Shown here: positions 11,530 through 28,449 of the stretch, piece after piece
Numbering within the stretch: the first letter of the stretch is position 1
How the letters are laid out: every line of letters begins with the position of its first letter
Source of the DNA: Octopus vulgaris
Taxonomy: Eukaryota
DNA: 64,000 nucleotides
Assembly: GCA_951406725.2 (NCBI GenBank)
Contig: OX597814.1
Location: 104,284,001-104,348,000, forward strand
Direction of reading: 5' to 3'
Translations under genes and position numbers: made by a program
Notes under the pieces: generated by a model
What the model saw: the letters and a program-made list of their open reading frames with translations, nothing else
Database searches by the model: none
What the model was told of the DNA's origin: nothing

Positions 11530-12022
11530 GTACACGAGGGGCTTCCTTCAGTTTCTGTCTACCAAATCCACTCACAAGACTTTGATCGGCACGAGCCGAT
11601 AGTAGAAAAAAAACTTGTTCAAGGTGCCACGCAGTGGGACTGAGCCCGGAACGTTATGGTTGGAAAGCAAGTTTCTTACCATACAGCCACGCCTGCGCCT
11701 ATGGTGTTGTTTATTAGAATAGGTTTGTTCTGTTTGTCATTGTAAAAAAAGCACAGATATCCGGAAAAAAAAAAAAAAGAACAAAATTCACCCAAAGCCT
11801 TGTGAGTGGATTTGGTAGACGGAAACTGAAAGAAGGCCGTCGTATAATTTATATATATATTTATATATAAAGTGTATGTGTGAATGTGTGTCCCCAACAT
11901 CGCTTGACAACCGATGCTGGCGTGTTTACGTTCCCGTAACTTAGCGGTTCGGCAAAAAGATACCGATAGAATAAGTACTAGTCTTACAAAGAATAATTCC
12001 TGGGGTTGATTTGCTCGACTAA
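11530..12022. mobile_element. Two oppositely oriented pieces of SINE family A (tRNA head, CORE-like segment, internal microsatellite)
   Basis: 11530-11700 (minus) and 11793-12022 (plus) both align to the full copy at 37505-37915. Confidence 0.8.
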
Positions 12023-12505
12023 ACCAATAAAAAATACATAAAAGAATAAATATTTAGTTTCAAGGGAGGCGACTTTTACAAATCACACAGAGTTGTGTAC
12101 CTTGAAAATGAATCTTGAAAACGGCAGAAACACCGACCAGGAATTTCCATTAACTTGTTTATTTTCCGATAATTCTGCAGTAGAGAAATATTTTGGTCAT
12201 AAACGTCAGCTCTAAATATAAAAGCATCTTTATGTACATGTTTTATATTTTAAACAAGGGAAAATATGACGATGTGCTACGATTGAGTAGACGTATGGTT
12301 AAAAGCTTTCCAAGCATGACAACCCAGCCTATTTAGGGCTATTTTAAGAATATACAGTCTTATGTATCCAAGACGGGAGGTGTGATTTAAAGGAGATTTG
12401 ACTGTTATTTCTAGTAGATTGCGTGACCAGGTAAACTTGACCTCGTTATTAGCCTAAAAGAATGTTTGTGATAAATGAACGATCACACACACATACACAC
12501 ACACA

Positions 12506-12560
<55 letters not shown>

Positions 12561-12632
12561 ATGTATGTATGTATGTATGTATGTATGTATGTATGTATGT
12601 ATGTGTGTATGTGTGTGTGTATGTATGCTTAC

Positions 12633-13186
12633 GTTAGGTCACTTTCAAGTGCTACTGGTAACATGTAACCCAGTACAACCTGTTGCATGGTCGGGTCGTC
12701 GGCGACTAAACCAGAAACCCCACCAAGCTTGCTTGGTGAGGAGGGTGTTTATTGGACACCCTGCGGGATGAAAAGCAAAACCCGTCAAAGGGCGGAGGAA
12801 CTCTTGAGAGTCAACGGCCATCCAATAAATGTCTTAAGGATGTATCATGTGCGGGGACATAGAAATAATCGGACTGAATACCCGATCGCGCGGTTAAACC
12901 ATTGGGAGTGAAGGACTCGTAGCCTTTGTTAGGGCATCCTTCTAGGAGAAGGCAACTCAGGTAACTTGGATAACTCCGACATAAAACCTGCGGCTCAGTG
13001 GTTACCGATGATGTTGACTTGTTCTTCTTTTCGGATTATGGCTGATGTTGCTTAGTGAGTGGGATTGACTCAGTGCACATCCTTTCCTCACTTAAAAAAA
13101 AATCTTCTTGCACAGGCATTGCACGATAACAACATTGATTAAGCTTCTTGCAATGGCCATACCCGATAACGAGGGGACAGCCACCA
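12633..13186 (+). mobile_element. Non-autonomous, probably RTE-derived element embedded in (ATGT)n
   Basis: GC-richer 550-bp island between ATGT arrays. It contains tctaggagaaggcaactc, which resembles a motif I recall from RTE 5' UTRs. No real ORF. Confidence 0.5.
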
Positions 13187-13256
13187 TGTATGTATGTATG
13201 TATGTATGTATGTATGTATGTATGTATGTATGTATGTATGTATGTATGTATGTATG

Positions 13257-13331
<75 letters not shown>

Positions 13332-13581
13332 ATACATGTTGAGGCTCGAAACAGCGTTGAATATAATATATTTGTGCAAAGTAATATTTAACACGTTCGA
13401 GTGCATTTTGACGTGAGAAGTCTTTCCGCTGCGGATAAATTCCCCGGAGCAAATTCTCTTCCTTGACGGTATGATTGAAAACGCGTTTTGGGCTTTGAGT
13501 GACATCCTTACATCGTCAGATGCTTGTGTTTCTGTGGCCACGAGCACTGAATCCAGCATTCACAGCCCGACAAGAACAAAA

Positions 13582-14500
13582 TTATTACCCCCGCCTTCAC
13601 GAAGGCGGAGGTATTGGTTTCAGTTGTGTTTGTTTGTTTGTCTGTGGACAAGATATCTCAAGAACTGCTGGATGGATTTGGGTGCAACTTTCAAGGATGT
13701 TTGACCTCGTGATTGGCACAAACGGATTAGATTTTGGTATTACGATATTACGTTGTCTTTCTCTGATTATCTCCCTTGAAAACCCGCTCATGGTTTCCAC
13801 ATAAGTTATGGCGTCGTTGCTGTTTCCAAAGTTTTATTTTCGTTTCTCTGTTATTAATTTTACTCGTGTCTCTGTCTTAGTAGAAACTGATGGATAAGGA
13901 AATCAAACTACATAAACAAACGGCAGCAAAACCGTTCATAAATTAAATAACACTAACATATCCAGTAACAATAATAAATTTAATTAATCCCCGACAATTT
14001 TTAGTTTTACCAATTTTGAATATATCGTTCTTGTTTAAGTCCTCTTATCTATTTGACGATTGCATTTCTAGCTCTGCCTTGAAGGAAGCTTTACTTCTTG
14101 GACTCACGTTTTTGTGCACAACGATATTGTTACACCTCCGTTAACAGCACCGTATGCAGGTCCTTTCCGTTTTCTTTCACGCTCGGATAAAGTTTTCGTT
14201 ATAGACCTTAATGGTCGTGAGGATACTATATCAGTGGATAGACTAAAAAAGGCCTTCATAGAGAAAACTGTCCCTGTTCCCACTGCAGACAACACACATA
14301 CAGCATTACAAACACAGCCCACATACTCACCTTCACATTCCTTACTACCAATGGGATCGATCTGGTACCGGACAAGGATTCTGGATTATTTTCCCGTTGT
14401 TTTTACTTAATTTTTGAGAGCGGTTGCGTTCATTTTGCTAATCTTTGAGAGGACGTTGGTGTTGCTTTGGCGGAGGTTTGCGCTCTCCGAGTGCTCTTGT
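13582..14500 (+). mobile_element. Helentron-associated non-autonomous element (HINE/DINE-like) with an internal insert
   Basis: 5' TTATTACCCCCGCC..GGCGGAGGT palindrome followed by a (GTTT)n tract. 3' GGCGGAGGT sub-TIR plus hairpin GCGCTCtccGAGTGC. Confidence 0.8.
14095..14270 (+). pseudogene. Ty3/Gypsy integrase C-terminal (GPY/F) fragment
   Basis: HVFVHND...PPLTAPYAGPFRFLSRSDKVFVIDLNGREDTISVDRLKKAF. Confidence 0.85.
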
Positions 14501-15850
14501 TCTTATTAAAACAACATCTGTTACGTTTACTAGTGTGCGTAAATCTTATTCAAGCTAGAATTAAATAATGTCGCACGAAGCAGCGTTGAATTAAATGGCA
14601 GAAAAATTGACCATCAGAATAAAACAAAAGTAACGTTCACTCGAGTACCAAATTAGAAGTTGGTGGTACCTTGTTATATTACTGAAGTACCTTTGCAGCA
14701 GTTGGATTTCTGGATGCTGAAATTCATTCTCAAATCCAAGGAGCATGTAAGGCCTTTGGCAAGTAAGAAACTAGGGTTCGCTTAGATCATGGCATCACCA
14801 TTCCAGTTAAAGGTTTTGTCTATGAGGGACTTGAGCCCTGACGACCCTTTTGTATTCGACTTAATCGCGAAGAACCTATAATCAACACCTTTAGATATTT
14901 GAGTGATGCCACCAGAAGTACACACTCAGTACTCAGTGGTAGACTCTAATAACAGGCACTGAGGTACTCCTAGGAGCTGACTGGTTCATTGTTAAATCAT
15001 AGATCATCACCATTGGAGTTTAATGGGAATGTTTTGTCGACCAGCAATGAACCATTTCGAAACAAGTTTTTTAACGGCGGCAAATGACTCCTCAAAAAGG
15101 ATACAAGAACGGCATAAACCACAACCTAAAAAAACAAAAACTAGAGATTAACCTGAGTAACTGGGAAAAATTGTCTGTAAAACTGAACAACTGCGACATT
15201 CTGTTATGAAGGACTAGAATATGTTTGAGCAGAGAGGTGACTCATGTAAAGATATTGTTGTGAGTGTTGTTGTTGTGGTAGTTGTGGTAGTTGAATGTAG
15301 AAATAACTAACAACACCCGTGAGCGATTACCAAAAGATTTATTGATTGCGCATAGTGTTTCTGTATTGGTCTTTTGACAAAAACTAACAGCAATAATTAC
15401 ATACCAGAAGAGACATATTACTGGGATCTACGACAATTAACTGATATAACTATTTGTGGCTGGAAAATAATCGCGCTGTATTCGTGGCGGCGAAAATTCC
15501 TCTCCTTTCTGCCATAACAGCTGGACGTGATGATGAGAATGGAAATGTCGAGCGGCTGCCTCAACATTCTGTCAAAAACCATTACAGTCAATAAATACTT
15601 TTATATTGGCCTCAAAGAGAACGTTCTAGAAGGTCGAATCACGCGAGTGCTTGACATTGATCGGTCGGTTAATCGGCTGATAACGTGAAACTATTATGGC
15701 TTGGCCGTGATATTTATTTACTCGGCAACCAAGACATTCAGGTTTCGATCCGCTACAGCACCATTCCAAATCTTTCTGCATTGTTTGAAGAGCTGAGTGT
15801 GTTATACTCATCGATATGTTCTTCTACTTTGTTAATCTCATAAGCACGCG

Positions 15851-15940
<90 letters not shown>

Positions 15941-16350
15941 GGATATTAGTTTCTTGCAATGTAGCTTTCTGTATATGATGAATTTCCGTGGAAGAAACCA
16001 TCTCGGAGAATCTGTATTCTCACTTGTCATGTTTTCTTGTAAAACTGAAGAATATCGGTAATATTATAGGGGTGGTGGTGGGGGATATGGCGTGATGGTT
16101 GGGTGGTGGTGGTGAGCCTAAATGGGAATTAGATTCTTTCCGTGTTTTTTCTTCTTTGTCTTTCTCTTAAAGACGCTGACAGTAAGAAATGAACTCATTT
16201 GCATCTATCTGTCTGTCTGTCCATTTTCTTTTATATACATATATATATACATATATAGATAGATGCGTGCACACACAAATGCAATTCGTATTTATGCATC
16301 TACATTTACACACACACCAGACACATATAGACACGTACAAGCATATTCAT

Positions 16351-16447
<97 letters not shown>

Positions 16448-16888
16448 ACTTGTTTCACATATGTAATATCGCAACAGATTTACTTTAAGACACGTTTCAA
16501 TATGATCCGATTTTTCAATTGCAGATGTTGTTTCCTTGGGCAAGAAACTCAACTCCTGCTTACCTAAAGCCGTATATCTATTTGAAGAATCGTTCTTCAT
16601 TAATATGAAGATCTTTGAAATTGATCGCGGGTAGCAGCAATAATCTACTCGTTGAATATTGATATAGATTTTCGTTTCACCGACGGCAACAAAATCACGA
16701 AAACTGATTGAAAATGGAGATGGAGTCGGCCGACAAACAAGTAAAAGAAGATCTTCAGGGGGATGCGAGGTGGAGGAAGGATTGGGTGGAGGGAGTATAC
16801 GTGTGTGTGTGTGTGTGTGTGCACATGTTTGAACATATACGTGCATGTGGGTATGTTGTCGATAACCAATAATTGTGTGTTTGTCTAT

Positions 16889-16926
<38 letters not shown>

Positions 16927-17051
16927 ACACAAACAAACATACAAATACATATATACATGTACGTATACACTCGCATATATATACGCACATGCATACAAAT
17001 AATATCTGATTTTTTAAGTATTCCACGAATATATATACGTGTGTTTGTGTG

Positions 17052-17096
<45 letters not shown>

Positions 17097-17268
17097 GTGT
17101 GTGTGTATATATACACACAAACACGCACACACATATATACACACACTTGCAAACATACAAGTACACATCTTTAAAACTATTTTCTTTCTCTCTATATGTA
17201 TGTATACATCTATCTGTCTGTCTGTCTGCCTGTCTGCCTGTCTATCTATTTGTCTATCTATTTGTTTG

Positions 17269-19802
<2,534 letters not shown>

Positions 19803-19843
19803 CCTACCTACCTACCTATCTACCTACCTACCTACCTACCTAC

Positions 19844-19913
<70 letters not shown>

Positions 19914-19963
19914 CTGTATCTACCTACCTACCTACCTACCTACCTACCTACCTACCTACCTAC

Positions 19964-20084
<121 letters not shown>

Positions 20085-20467
20085 AGTCTATCTATTCATC
20101 CGCATATATATATATACATACATGGATACATACACATACATATACATGCATACGAATGTGTAATTCAAAATATTCCATGAGATCCAAACCACAGAGTACC
20201 TCCATGCTTTCACCGTTGTTTGCAGTGTGGAGAGTGTGTCGCATTAACAAACGTTACCATGGCAACCGTCGTTTCGACATCGAGATACATGGATGATCAA
20301 AATGAGATATGTCATCGCTGAGCCCTTTCTGAAAGTAATGTTTATGAAAACGTGTGTGTGAAAATGTGTGTGTTGTATGTATGTATGTATGTATGTATGT
20401 ATGTATGTATGTATGTATGTATGTATGTATGTATGTATGTATGTATGTATGGTATGTATGTATGTAC

Positions 20468-20498
<31 letters not shown>

Positions 20499-20699
20499 TG
20501 TATGTATGTATGTACATATGTACGTATGTACGTACGTACGTATGTATGTATGTATGTATGATGTATGTATGTATGTATGTATGTATGTATGTATGTATGT
20601 ATGTATGTATGTGTGTGTATGAATACAGTATAAATAGAATGAACAACGAAAAGACACAACTTAGGAAGAGCAAAATTTTAACAAATAACGTATCTGATT

Positions 20700-21185
20700 A
20701 ACACTTTGAATGGAAGCGATCGTGACTTAACGCTTCGGATGTTCGCCCTTCATCAGATGAATGGATGAAGCATTGAAAAGTGGGAAAGAAAAATAGTGAA
20801 TGAGAGAAGAAGAAAGCGGGAAAAGGGTTAAAACCAGGTGAGAATTCTGTTCTATAATTGGGGGAGTTAAGAAAGGAGGAAGGAGCGGGTGTATACATGG
20901 GAAGTATAAGTGTATACCTGAGTCTGGAAGCGGGTATAAGAGCGAGTTGTGTTTGTATTATAGTGGGGTATGAGTGTGTGTGTTTGGATAGGGTTCGCAT
21001 GTGCGGAAATAGAGTGACGTAGGTTGGTGGTTGTGTCGGGTGATGGTGTGTTTAAGCGTTTGGGGAGCGGTAAGAGAGAGAGTGTAGGTGAGATGATAGC
21101 AAGTGCGAGGGTACAAAGACATTGATGAAGCACAGGGGATGCTAAGAGGAATGTGGAAGGTGTGATAGGTGCCTGTGTGGACGTA
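20700..21185 (-). mobile_element. Degenerate PLE pseudo-LTR remnant
   Basis: Minus strand reads CUGAUGAAGGGcgaacaUCCGAAGCGUU (decayed hammerhead) after a C-rich tract like that of the Neptune-like element. Confidence 0.5.
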
Positions 21186-21202
21186 TATAATAAAATTACA
21201 TA

Positions 21203-21427
21203 TATTTCTTTGCTGCCCACAAGGGGCTAAACATAGAGGGGACAAACAAGGACAGACAAACGGATTAAGTCGATTATATCGACCCCAGTGCGAAACTGGT
21301 ACTTTATTTATCGACCCCGAAAGGATGAAAGTCAAAGTCGACCTCGGCGGAATTTGAACTCAGAACGTAACGACAGACGAAATACCGCTAAGCATTTCGC
21401 CCGGCGCGCTAACGTTTCTGCCAGCTC
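21203..21427 (-). mobile_element. SINE family B, monomer
   Basis: Head plus a single body. Confidence 0.88.
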
Positions 21428-21594
21428 AGAATAAAATTACATAAGAATATGAAACATGCAAACGAGGAAGAAGGCTTAAACTAAAATATGAAAAAGAGAG
21501 AGAGAATATATGAGTTCTGTGAAAAAAAAAAAAAAGAAAAATTTCAAGTTTTAAAAATTGCAAATCACTGGTGATAGGTCCGAAGAGTTTAATG

Positions 21595-21935
21595 GAATGA
21601 CGACGAAACCAGCATCAAGATCAGGATCGATGGTAGACTGTGGAACCTGCAGAAGCTACAGGCCAAGTCCAAAGTGGAAGAGAACTTGGTGAATGACTTC
21701 TTGTTCGCAGATGACTGTGCACTCAACGCCGCCACAGAGGCTCAGAAGCAGAAGAGCATGAACTGTTTTTCCACTGTCCGCAACAACCTTGGCCGGTCAT
21801 GTGCGGCCTGCCCCACCCAAAAGCCGTATGTGAAACCAACAATCACTGTCGAAGGAGAAACCCTGAGGTTTGTTGATAAGTTCACACTCCTCGGCACCAA
21901 ACTCTCCAGATCAGTGAACATTGACGATTAAGTCG
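21595..21935 (+). pseudogene. RTE-clade RT fragment
   Basis: DFLFADDCAL...ITVEGETLRFVDKFTLLG. Homologous to 29005-29215. Confidence 0.85.
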
Positions 21936-22532
21936 ACCCACACACATAAAACTATGAAGAATAGCTTGTAAATATCGTGTCAAATTTGTGTTATTGTTTA
22001 AAATATTTAGAATAATAAACAGAATATTTGCTGACGGGAGATTCAATTCAAAGAGCAGAGAGGTTTTAATACACAGTTAATTTTGATCGGGACTTCTAGT
22101 TTCGCTTGATGGCTTATTCAACCAGTGATAAAGAATTTTCCGTCTTGTGTTTCTATGAAATAAAATGGAAAGCTTTATTATTAGGAAGCAGTTCTTGAAC
22201 TGTAACTGTGGTTTAAATTCTAAATAAAAAAGAATCTCTTAGTTTATTAGGGAACGAAAGTCTGGTAAGTCGAAAGGTCAGATGAATAAAGGTGAATTTT
22301 GGTAAAGGAATGGTGACTAGAGAGGCAATGATGTGGAAGAATTTTCAAATAAGTTAAAAAAATAAAGGTGATGGAAGATGAAAGAACAGTTAAGTAGGTA
22401 ACAAGATTGCATGGCTTTTATTTCTGTAAAAAAGGCTGGGAATTGATACTTGTATTTCATGTGACGTATGTATTTCTTTGTGTGTGGGAGTGGATGTGCT
22501 TGCTTTTATGTGTGTGCGTGTTAAAATAATAA

Positions 22533-23242
22533 TTTCAAATTTTGGCACAAGGCCAGCAATTTCGGGGGAGGAGGATAAGTCAATTACGTCGACCCCAGCA
22601 CTCAACTGGTATTTATTTTATCAACTCTGATGGGATGAAAGGCAAAGTCGAACTCGGCGGGATTTGAATTCAGAACGTAGTGGCAGACAAACTGCCCGGC
22701 GTGCTAACGATTCGGCCAGCTCACCATTATAATCTGGAAGCATATTAACATGGCAAATTAAAAGCCTAATTATAAAAGGTTCCAGTGGAAATTATGACGA
22801 AAAAATGTCGGGGGAAGAATTTTCTTATTTCTTTATTGCTCACAAGGGGCTAAACATAGAGGGGACAAATAAGGACACACAAAGGGATTAAGTCGATTAC
22901 AACGACCCCAGTGCGTAACTGGTATTTAATTTATCGACCCCGAAAGGATGAAAGGCAAAGTCGACCTCGGCGGAATTTGAACTCAGAACGTAAAGACAGA
23001 CGAAATACCTATTTCTTTACTACCCACAAAGGGTTAAACACAGAGAGGACAAACAAGGACAGACAAAGGGATTAAGTCGATTATATCGACCCCAGTGCGT
23101 AACTGGTACTTATTTAATCGACCCCGAAAGGATGAAAGGCAAAGTCGACCTCGGCGGAATTTGAACTCAGAATGTAACGGCAGACGAAATTACGGCTACG
23201 CATTTCGCCCGGTGTGCTAACGTTTCTGCCAGCTCGCTGCCT
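22533..23242 (-). mobile_element. SINE family B: variant-tail copy (22533-22725) and dimer (22823-23242)
   Basis: Same head and B box. 184-bp period (22995 and 23179). Confidence 0.85.
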
Positions 23243-23910
23243 TACAATATGAATATATTAATGTGCATGCATGCGTTTATGTGTGTGTTATGTGTGTGTG
23301 TGTGTGTGTATTTATGTGTGTGTGTGTATTTATGTGTGTGTGTGAATGTAGGTATAATTCTATAAAGTTATTTATTTAAACTGACTTTTAAAGGATATTA
23401 TGGTGAAGTAAAACGTGATTGAATATATATAAGTTGAAAGTTTCCCGAAAGTAATTTTGTTCTATCTGCTGTATACTTCTAATTCTTAATTGCCTTTGGC
23501 TGATGTATATCTCTCAATACACGAAATGTAATGCAATTTAAAAAATAAACTATAAACAACCATATCAAATCTTAATTTCAGCATCTCCATTTAAAATTAG
23601 CCGCAAAACACGAGGAGAGGAGAGTCGTAAGTTTATTATTCATACATACCCGTCTAGCTAAGTGCGCTGTATATTATTTCTGTTTAATAATGTCTATTAG
23701 TATAGAAGCAATATATTTTGTATCGATCTATAATTAATAATCAAGATGGTATGTTGGCATTTGAAATAATGTTATTGAAATACACCTGCCAGTCTAAGTA
23801 TGGTTAAATTGGAAAACATCTATGTACATAGCAACATAACACCGTACACAATGCAATCATACTCATAGTTCAGACACACACAAACACATATATGTATTTA
23901 TACATTCATA

Positions 23911-23994
<84 letters not shown>

Positions 23995-24143
23995 TATTTA
24001 CACTTATTGCATATAAAAAACACATATACATACATATACATAAATATACATATACTAACAAATCCATAAATATATTTACACACAAACGCAGATACATACG
24101 TACAAACGAAAATACACATTCACACACACGCACACACACACAG

Positions 24144-24194
<51 letters not shown>

Positions 24195-24334
24195 CACGCA
24201 CACATTCAGATACGCATTCGAATAGTAACATAAGAGTAAAATATATACACACATTTGTATGTATTCATTTACATAGCATCATCTATATAATAGATACGGT
24301 CCAAATTTCTTATTACAACAACTATCACAATCTC

Positions 24335-24422
<88 letters not shown>

Positions 24423-24425
24423 ATT

Positions 24426-24505
<80 letters not shown>

Positions 24506-24506
<1 letters not shown>

Positions 24507-25185
24507 GAGTGAGAGAGCAGTGCATGCCATCAAAGTGACACTGGGGTAAAATATACGAAGCCCAATATACCCATCATGACTACCCGTCTGATAAAGGTAC
24601 ACCAGGCACAAGCATCACAACCATATGTGTGCGACATGGTGATCTCATATCAAGATAAACAGCACATGACCTTGCAGGTGGGGCCCAGTTAGAATTTTCT
24701 TCAGGTTGAGTAGCCCATCCCGCTCAAAAGGTCTCTGAATAAGGGTTGTTTAAGGATGTTGAAAGAACCACCCATGTTTCCAGAGGTGAATTATTCAAAC
24801 CCCAAAGAATCCCCCCAACACATGGCCATGATGCTCCCCCACTACTTCTGCTCGTGATCAGAGATGCACATATCGTCAGCCACTAAGGAACATGCTCAAC
24901 TGGTTAAGGTCAAACAACTGACAAGCAAATCTGTGGTATTGAGCAGAATATTTGCTGTAGCCCATCTTTTATACCAAGACAAAACAATGTACATGATAAC
25001 ACTTCCAATCAGTCAAGATCAGAAGCCATGAGAGCCACTGCCTGGTACTGCATCAGGGCATAGTTTGAGCAGAATATTTGCTGTAGCCCATCTTTTATAC
25101 CAAGACAAAACAATGTACATGATAACACTTCCAATCAGTCAAGATCAGAAGCCATGAGAGCCACTGCCTGGTACTGCATCAGGGC

Positions 25186-25188
<3 letters not shown>
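24506..25188 (-). mobile_element. Non-coding 680-bp element in an (AAT)n array with a terminal about 125-bp tandem duplication
   Basis: (ATT)n on both sides, and 24939-25061 is repeated at 25065-25187. Strand inferred from neighbouring (AAT)n-tailed elements. Confidence 0.65.
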
Positions 25189-25244
<56 letters not shown>

Positions 25245-25245
<1 letters not shown>

Positions 25246-26530
25246 GCTAGTAGATGCTAATTTAGTTTGCAGATATATTGTCTTGAGGTTTAGTAACAGC
25301 ACGTCTCCTCAAATCTCAAAAATATTTCTTAGTGTTCTTGCAGATGGTGCTTTTCTGCAGATCGGCAATGCAAGTTTCGATTCCAATCTCTTCCAGTCTT
25401 TTAGTTACCAATTATTTAGCACCAATTATTTCAGGAATAATTGTTGTCTTGGTCTTTCACGGTCTCCTCAGTACTCTGGATCGATCCTGATATTTCCCAA
25501 CTTTTTCAACTTTTTTTGTATCGACTCTGCTCGAATCTATGACCTCGTACTGTTTATTTTGTTCTCTATGATCCTGTCAGCTATCCTTGCCTCAATGGTA
25601 TGGCCAGTCTTGATGGTAAAGAACCACAAAATCTTGTAATTCTCATTTTCTATCACAGCCTCCAGTTCGTGTTCATACCACTTTTGTGTTGTTTTGTAGC
25701 CACATATTTGTCTAAAATCCCAACGCACTCTTTTGCCTACACAGTCATATCTGCAATTATAGTCTTTTTCTGCTAGTATATTGCATTCACTCAAAATGTG
25801 ACGCATACTCTCGTTTCCTTTTCTGCAGATTTTGCGTTTGCTGTCTGAGTTTCGTCGATGGCTTGTTCTTGAACGGTTGTAATTAGCGTTTTTGCTTCTC
25901 ATTTTCAAGTTCTCATCCGTCAACCAAAGCCAACGGGATTCACTTTCAACATTTTCGGTTGCTGCATAAATTGGCCGTGTAGTTCCATTTCTTTCCATTT
26001 GTTCATTCTGTAATTATTCTCTTTGTATTCTCCTACTGTTTCACTCACTTTTTCGGTATCTCTGGCAGCTGAAAGTATTCTTTCATAATTTTTCTACCCC
26101 AGTATCGTAGTACCAACTGTGTCTTCTGTGTTTAGTTATCCTCTACAAATTTTTCCTTCTTGGCTGACAGAATCAGTTGGTACTACTGTCAGGATGGCGT
26201 GCATTGTGCATTATTAGCAGCTTTCTGGTTCTTCTAAGTTTTGCATCTGAAGCTTTGTCCATTTCAGAAAGGAGGAAGATTATCTTAATACTGGCTCTGC
26301 CCATGCATTTATGGCTTTAATGATGTTCACTTCATTTAATTTCATTTCGAGTACCTTCCTAATTCTCCACTTGTACACTTTAGTGACTTTCTCTCTCATT
26401 TACCTTTCCATTATTTTATCTTGCCGTACTCCAAGGCGTTTGTATCCATTCTTGTTGTTGTTGCTGACGTCGTCGTCTTCTTTCAATTTTCCATTTCTTT
26501 CTAAGTGTCTTCCCGACCTCACTGTAAACA
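25245..26530 (-). pseudogene. Degenerate R4/Dong-like (RLE) non-LTR retrotransposon, 3' part
   Basis: ICRKGNESMRHILSEC...WYEH...ENENYKILW...IEARIAD (CCHC and RLE lead-in). Ends at (AAT)n. Confidence 0.8.
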
Positions 26531-26677
26531 TTAGTAGGCCATTAAAATAAACGTATCAGATTTACAAAGTTTTGTGATAGAAAAAGAAGGGAGGAGAAGA
26601 TAACGAAAAAGGAAAGAAGGAAAAGAAAAATGAAGAAAAGAAAGCAAATAAAATAAAGGGGAAAAAGGAAAGAAAAT

Positions 26678-28172
26678 TCACAGCGACGATGCTCTTCTCA
26701 ATACGTCTGATATACCAGTTGAGACAATCTTTTGCACTTCTTGCATGGATGGTAATCCAGGGATCATTCTTAAATAATTCTCAGTTCCTCTTTTAATCTT
26801 TCCAAGATCTCCTACAATCACTGGTATTGTAACCGTCTTCCGATGCCAAATCTTTTCGATTTCGATGAGCAAATCTTTATATTTTCTGAGCTTATCAAAT
26901 TCTTTTGCCGAGATATTATGGTTACATGGTTTGCTCATGTCAATCAATAAACAGACTTTATTGTTTTGGTCTTTCCCAACAATACCTGGTTTATTTGCTC
27001 TGATGATCCGATCTGTACATACTGGGAAGTCCCAGAGAATAGTTACATTTTCTCACTCAGTTACAGCCTCATGGTGGTGTTTGTACTATTTGTCAGCAGT
27101 TTTGATTCTATAACGCCGACACATTATCCAGTGTGGATATCGGCCAACTCTGTCATGTCTTGATTTGTACTCTACAGGAGCTAAAACCTTACCTCCAGAG
27201 ATTAGGTGGTCCGCTATTTCTATTCCGTCATTGTTGTGTCTATACCATTTTTCATCACATTGGCTTGATAGTTCCGGGTCAATAAGCTCTGATCTTGGGA
27301 AGCCAAAATAAAGCCTTCACTCTCTGCCTTTAGCCCTGAACTCTGTAGCCACTGATGGATGTGCTTCTGGTCTACATCAGATTGTTCGCTACGGGCCACA
27401 CATTTGCCATGCAGGGATTTTTGTTCCCACCTATCAGCCAATTGTTCAAACGCATTTTGCTTTGCTATTGATTTCACTTTCTTTGCAACTACAGTTGCTG
27501 CACTTCCATCATGCTGTTCAACCTGGGTATTATGCATAAATTCACTAGCAAATGTTTTGGTCTCCTTCATAACAGAATGAAGCTTCTTACGTCTCACACG
27601 ATTTTCAACGTGTTTTAGCATTCAGTCGTTAGATGTTTCAAGATATTTTGCCAGTCCAATTGTGGTGGTTTTGTAAGATATTTCAAACTGGATCAAGCCT
27701 CGACCTCCTTGGAACTCTGGAAAGTTAAAGATCTGCGTCTGCCTTTGGGTGGTGCATCTTATTGCAAGTCAGCAGCTTACGGATTTTCCTGTCAATCTTT
27801 CTTATTTCGCTGACATTCCAGTCAAATACATTGAAACTATAAACTGGAACCGCTAAGGAATTTATGGCAAACACCTTGTTACAAGCATTTAACTCAAATT
27901 TTAGAACTGCTCGAACTCTACTGTAACATTCCTTCCTGATCTTCTCTTTCGTGATTGCATGCTGAATGCCATAATCCTCATCATTTCCGAGGTATTTGTT
28001 TGTTCCTGCTCAAGTTCTTTATAACTGTGTCAAAATCTAACACCACTTAAGTCTTCAATTTCCCTTTCTGGAAAGTGGTCTTGGCCCATTTATCAAGACC
28101 AAATTCATCACTGACTGCTTTCACAGTACATAATAGACCTTCAAGCTCATAATCATCTTTGCCATAGAATTT
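26678..28172 (-). pseudogene. Second degenerate R4/Dong-like element (RT C-terminus plus RLE)
   Basis: FGLDK; LHGK...WL..SGLKAESEGFILASQDQSLLTRNY; IDMSKP...KLRKYKDL.IEI..IW...IPVIVGDLG. Confidence 0.85.
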
Positions 28173-28257
28173 TATCATCATCATCATCATCATCATCATC
28201 GTCGTCGTCGTCGTCGTTGTCGTCATCATCATCATCATCATCATTATCATTATCATC

Positions 28258-28346
<89 letters not shown>

Positions 28347-28449
28347 CGTTTTACTTCTCAGAACGTTTGGTCTTATTTGTTTTGGCAGATTCTGTGAAAG
28401 CGGGCAGCAGCCTGCTGTTAGAGGTGGGTGGGAGTCTTGGCACAAAAGC

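Noticed and set aside
16480-16760. Possible minus-strand exon ending at ag|gtaag (about 16563)
   Set aside because: No recognisable protein similarity and no partner exons.
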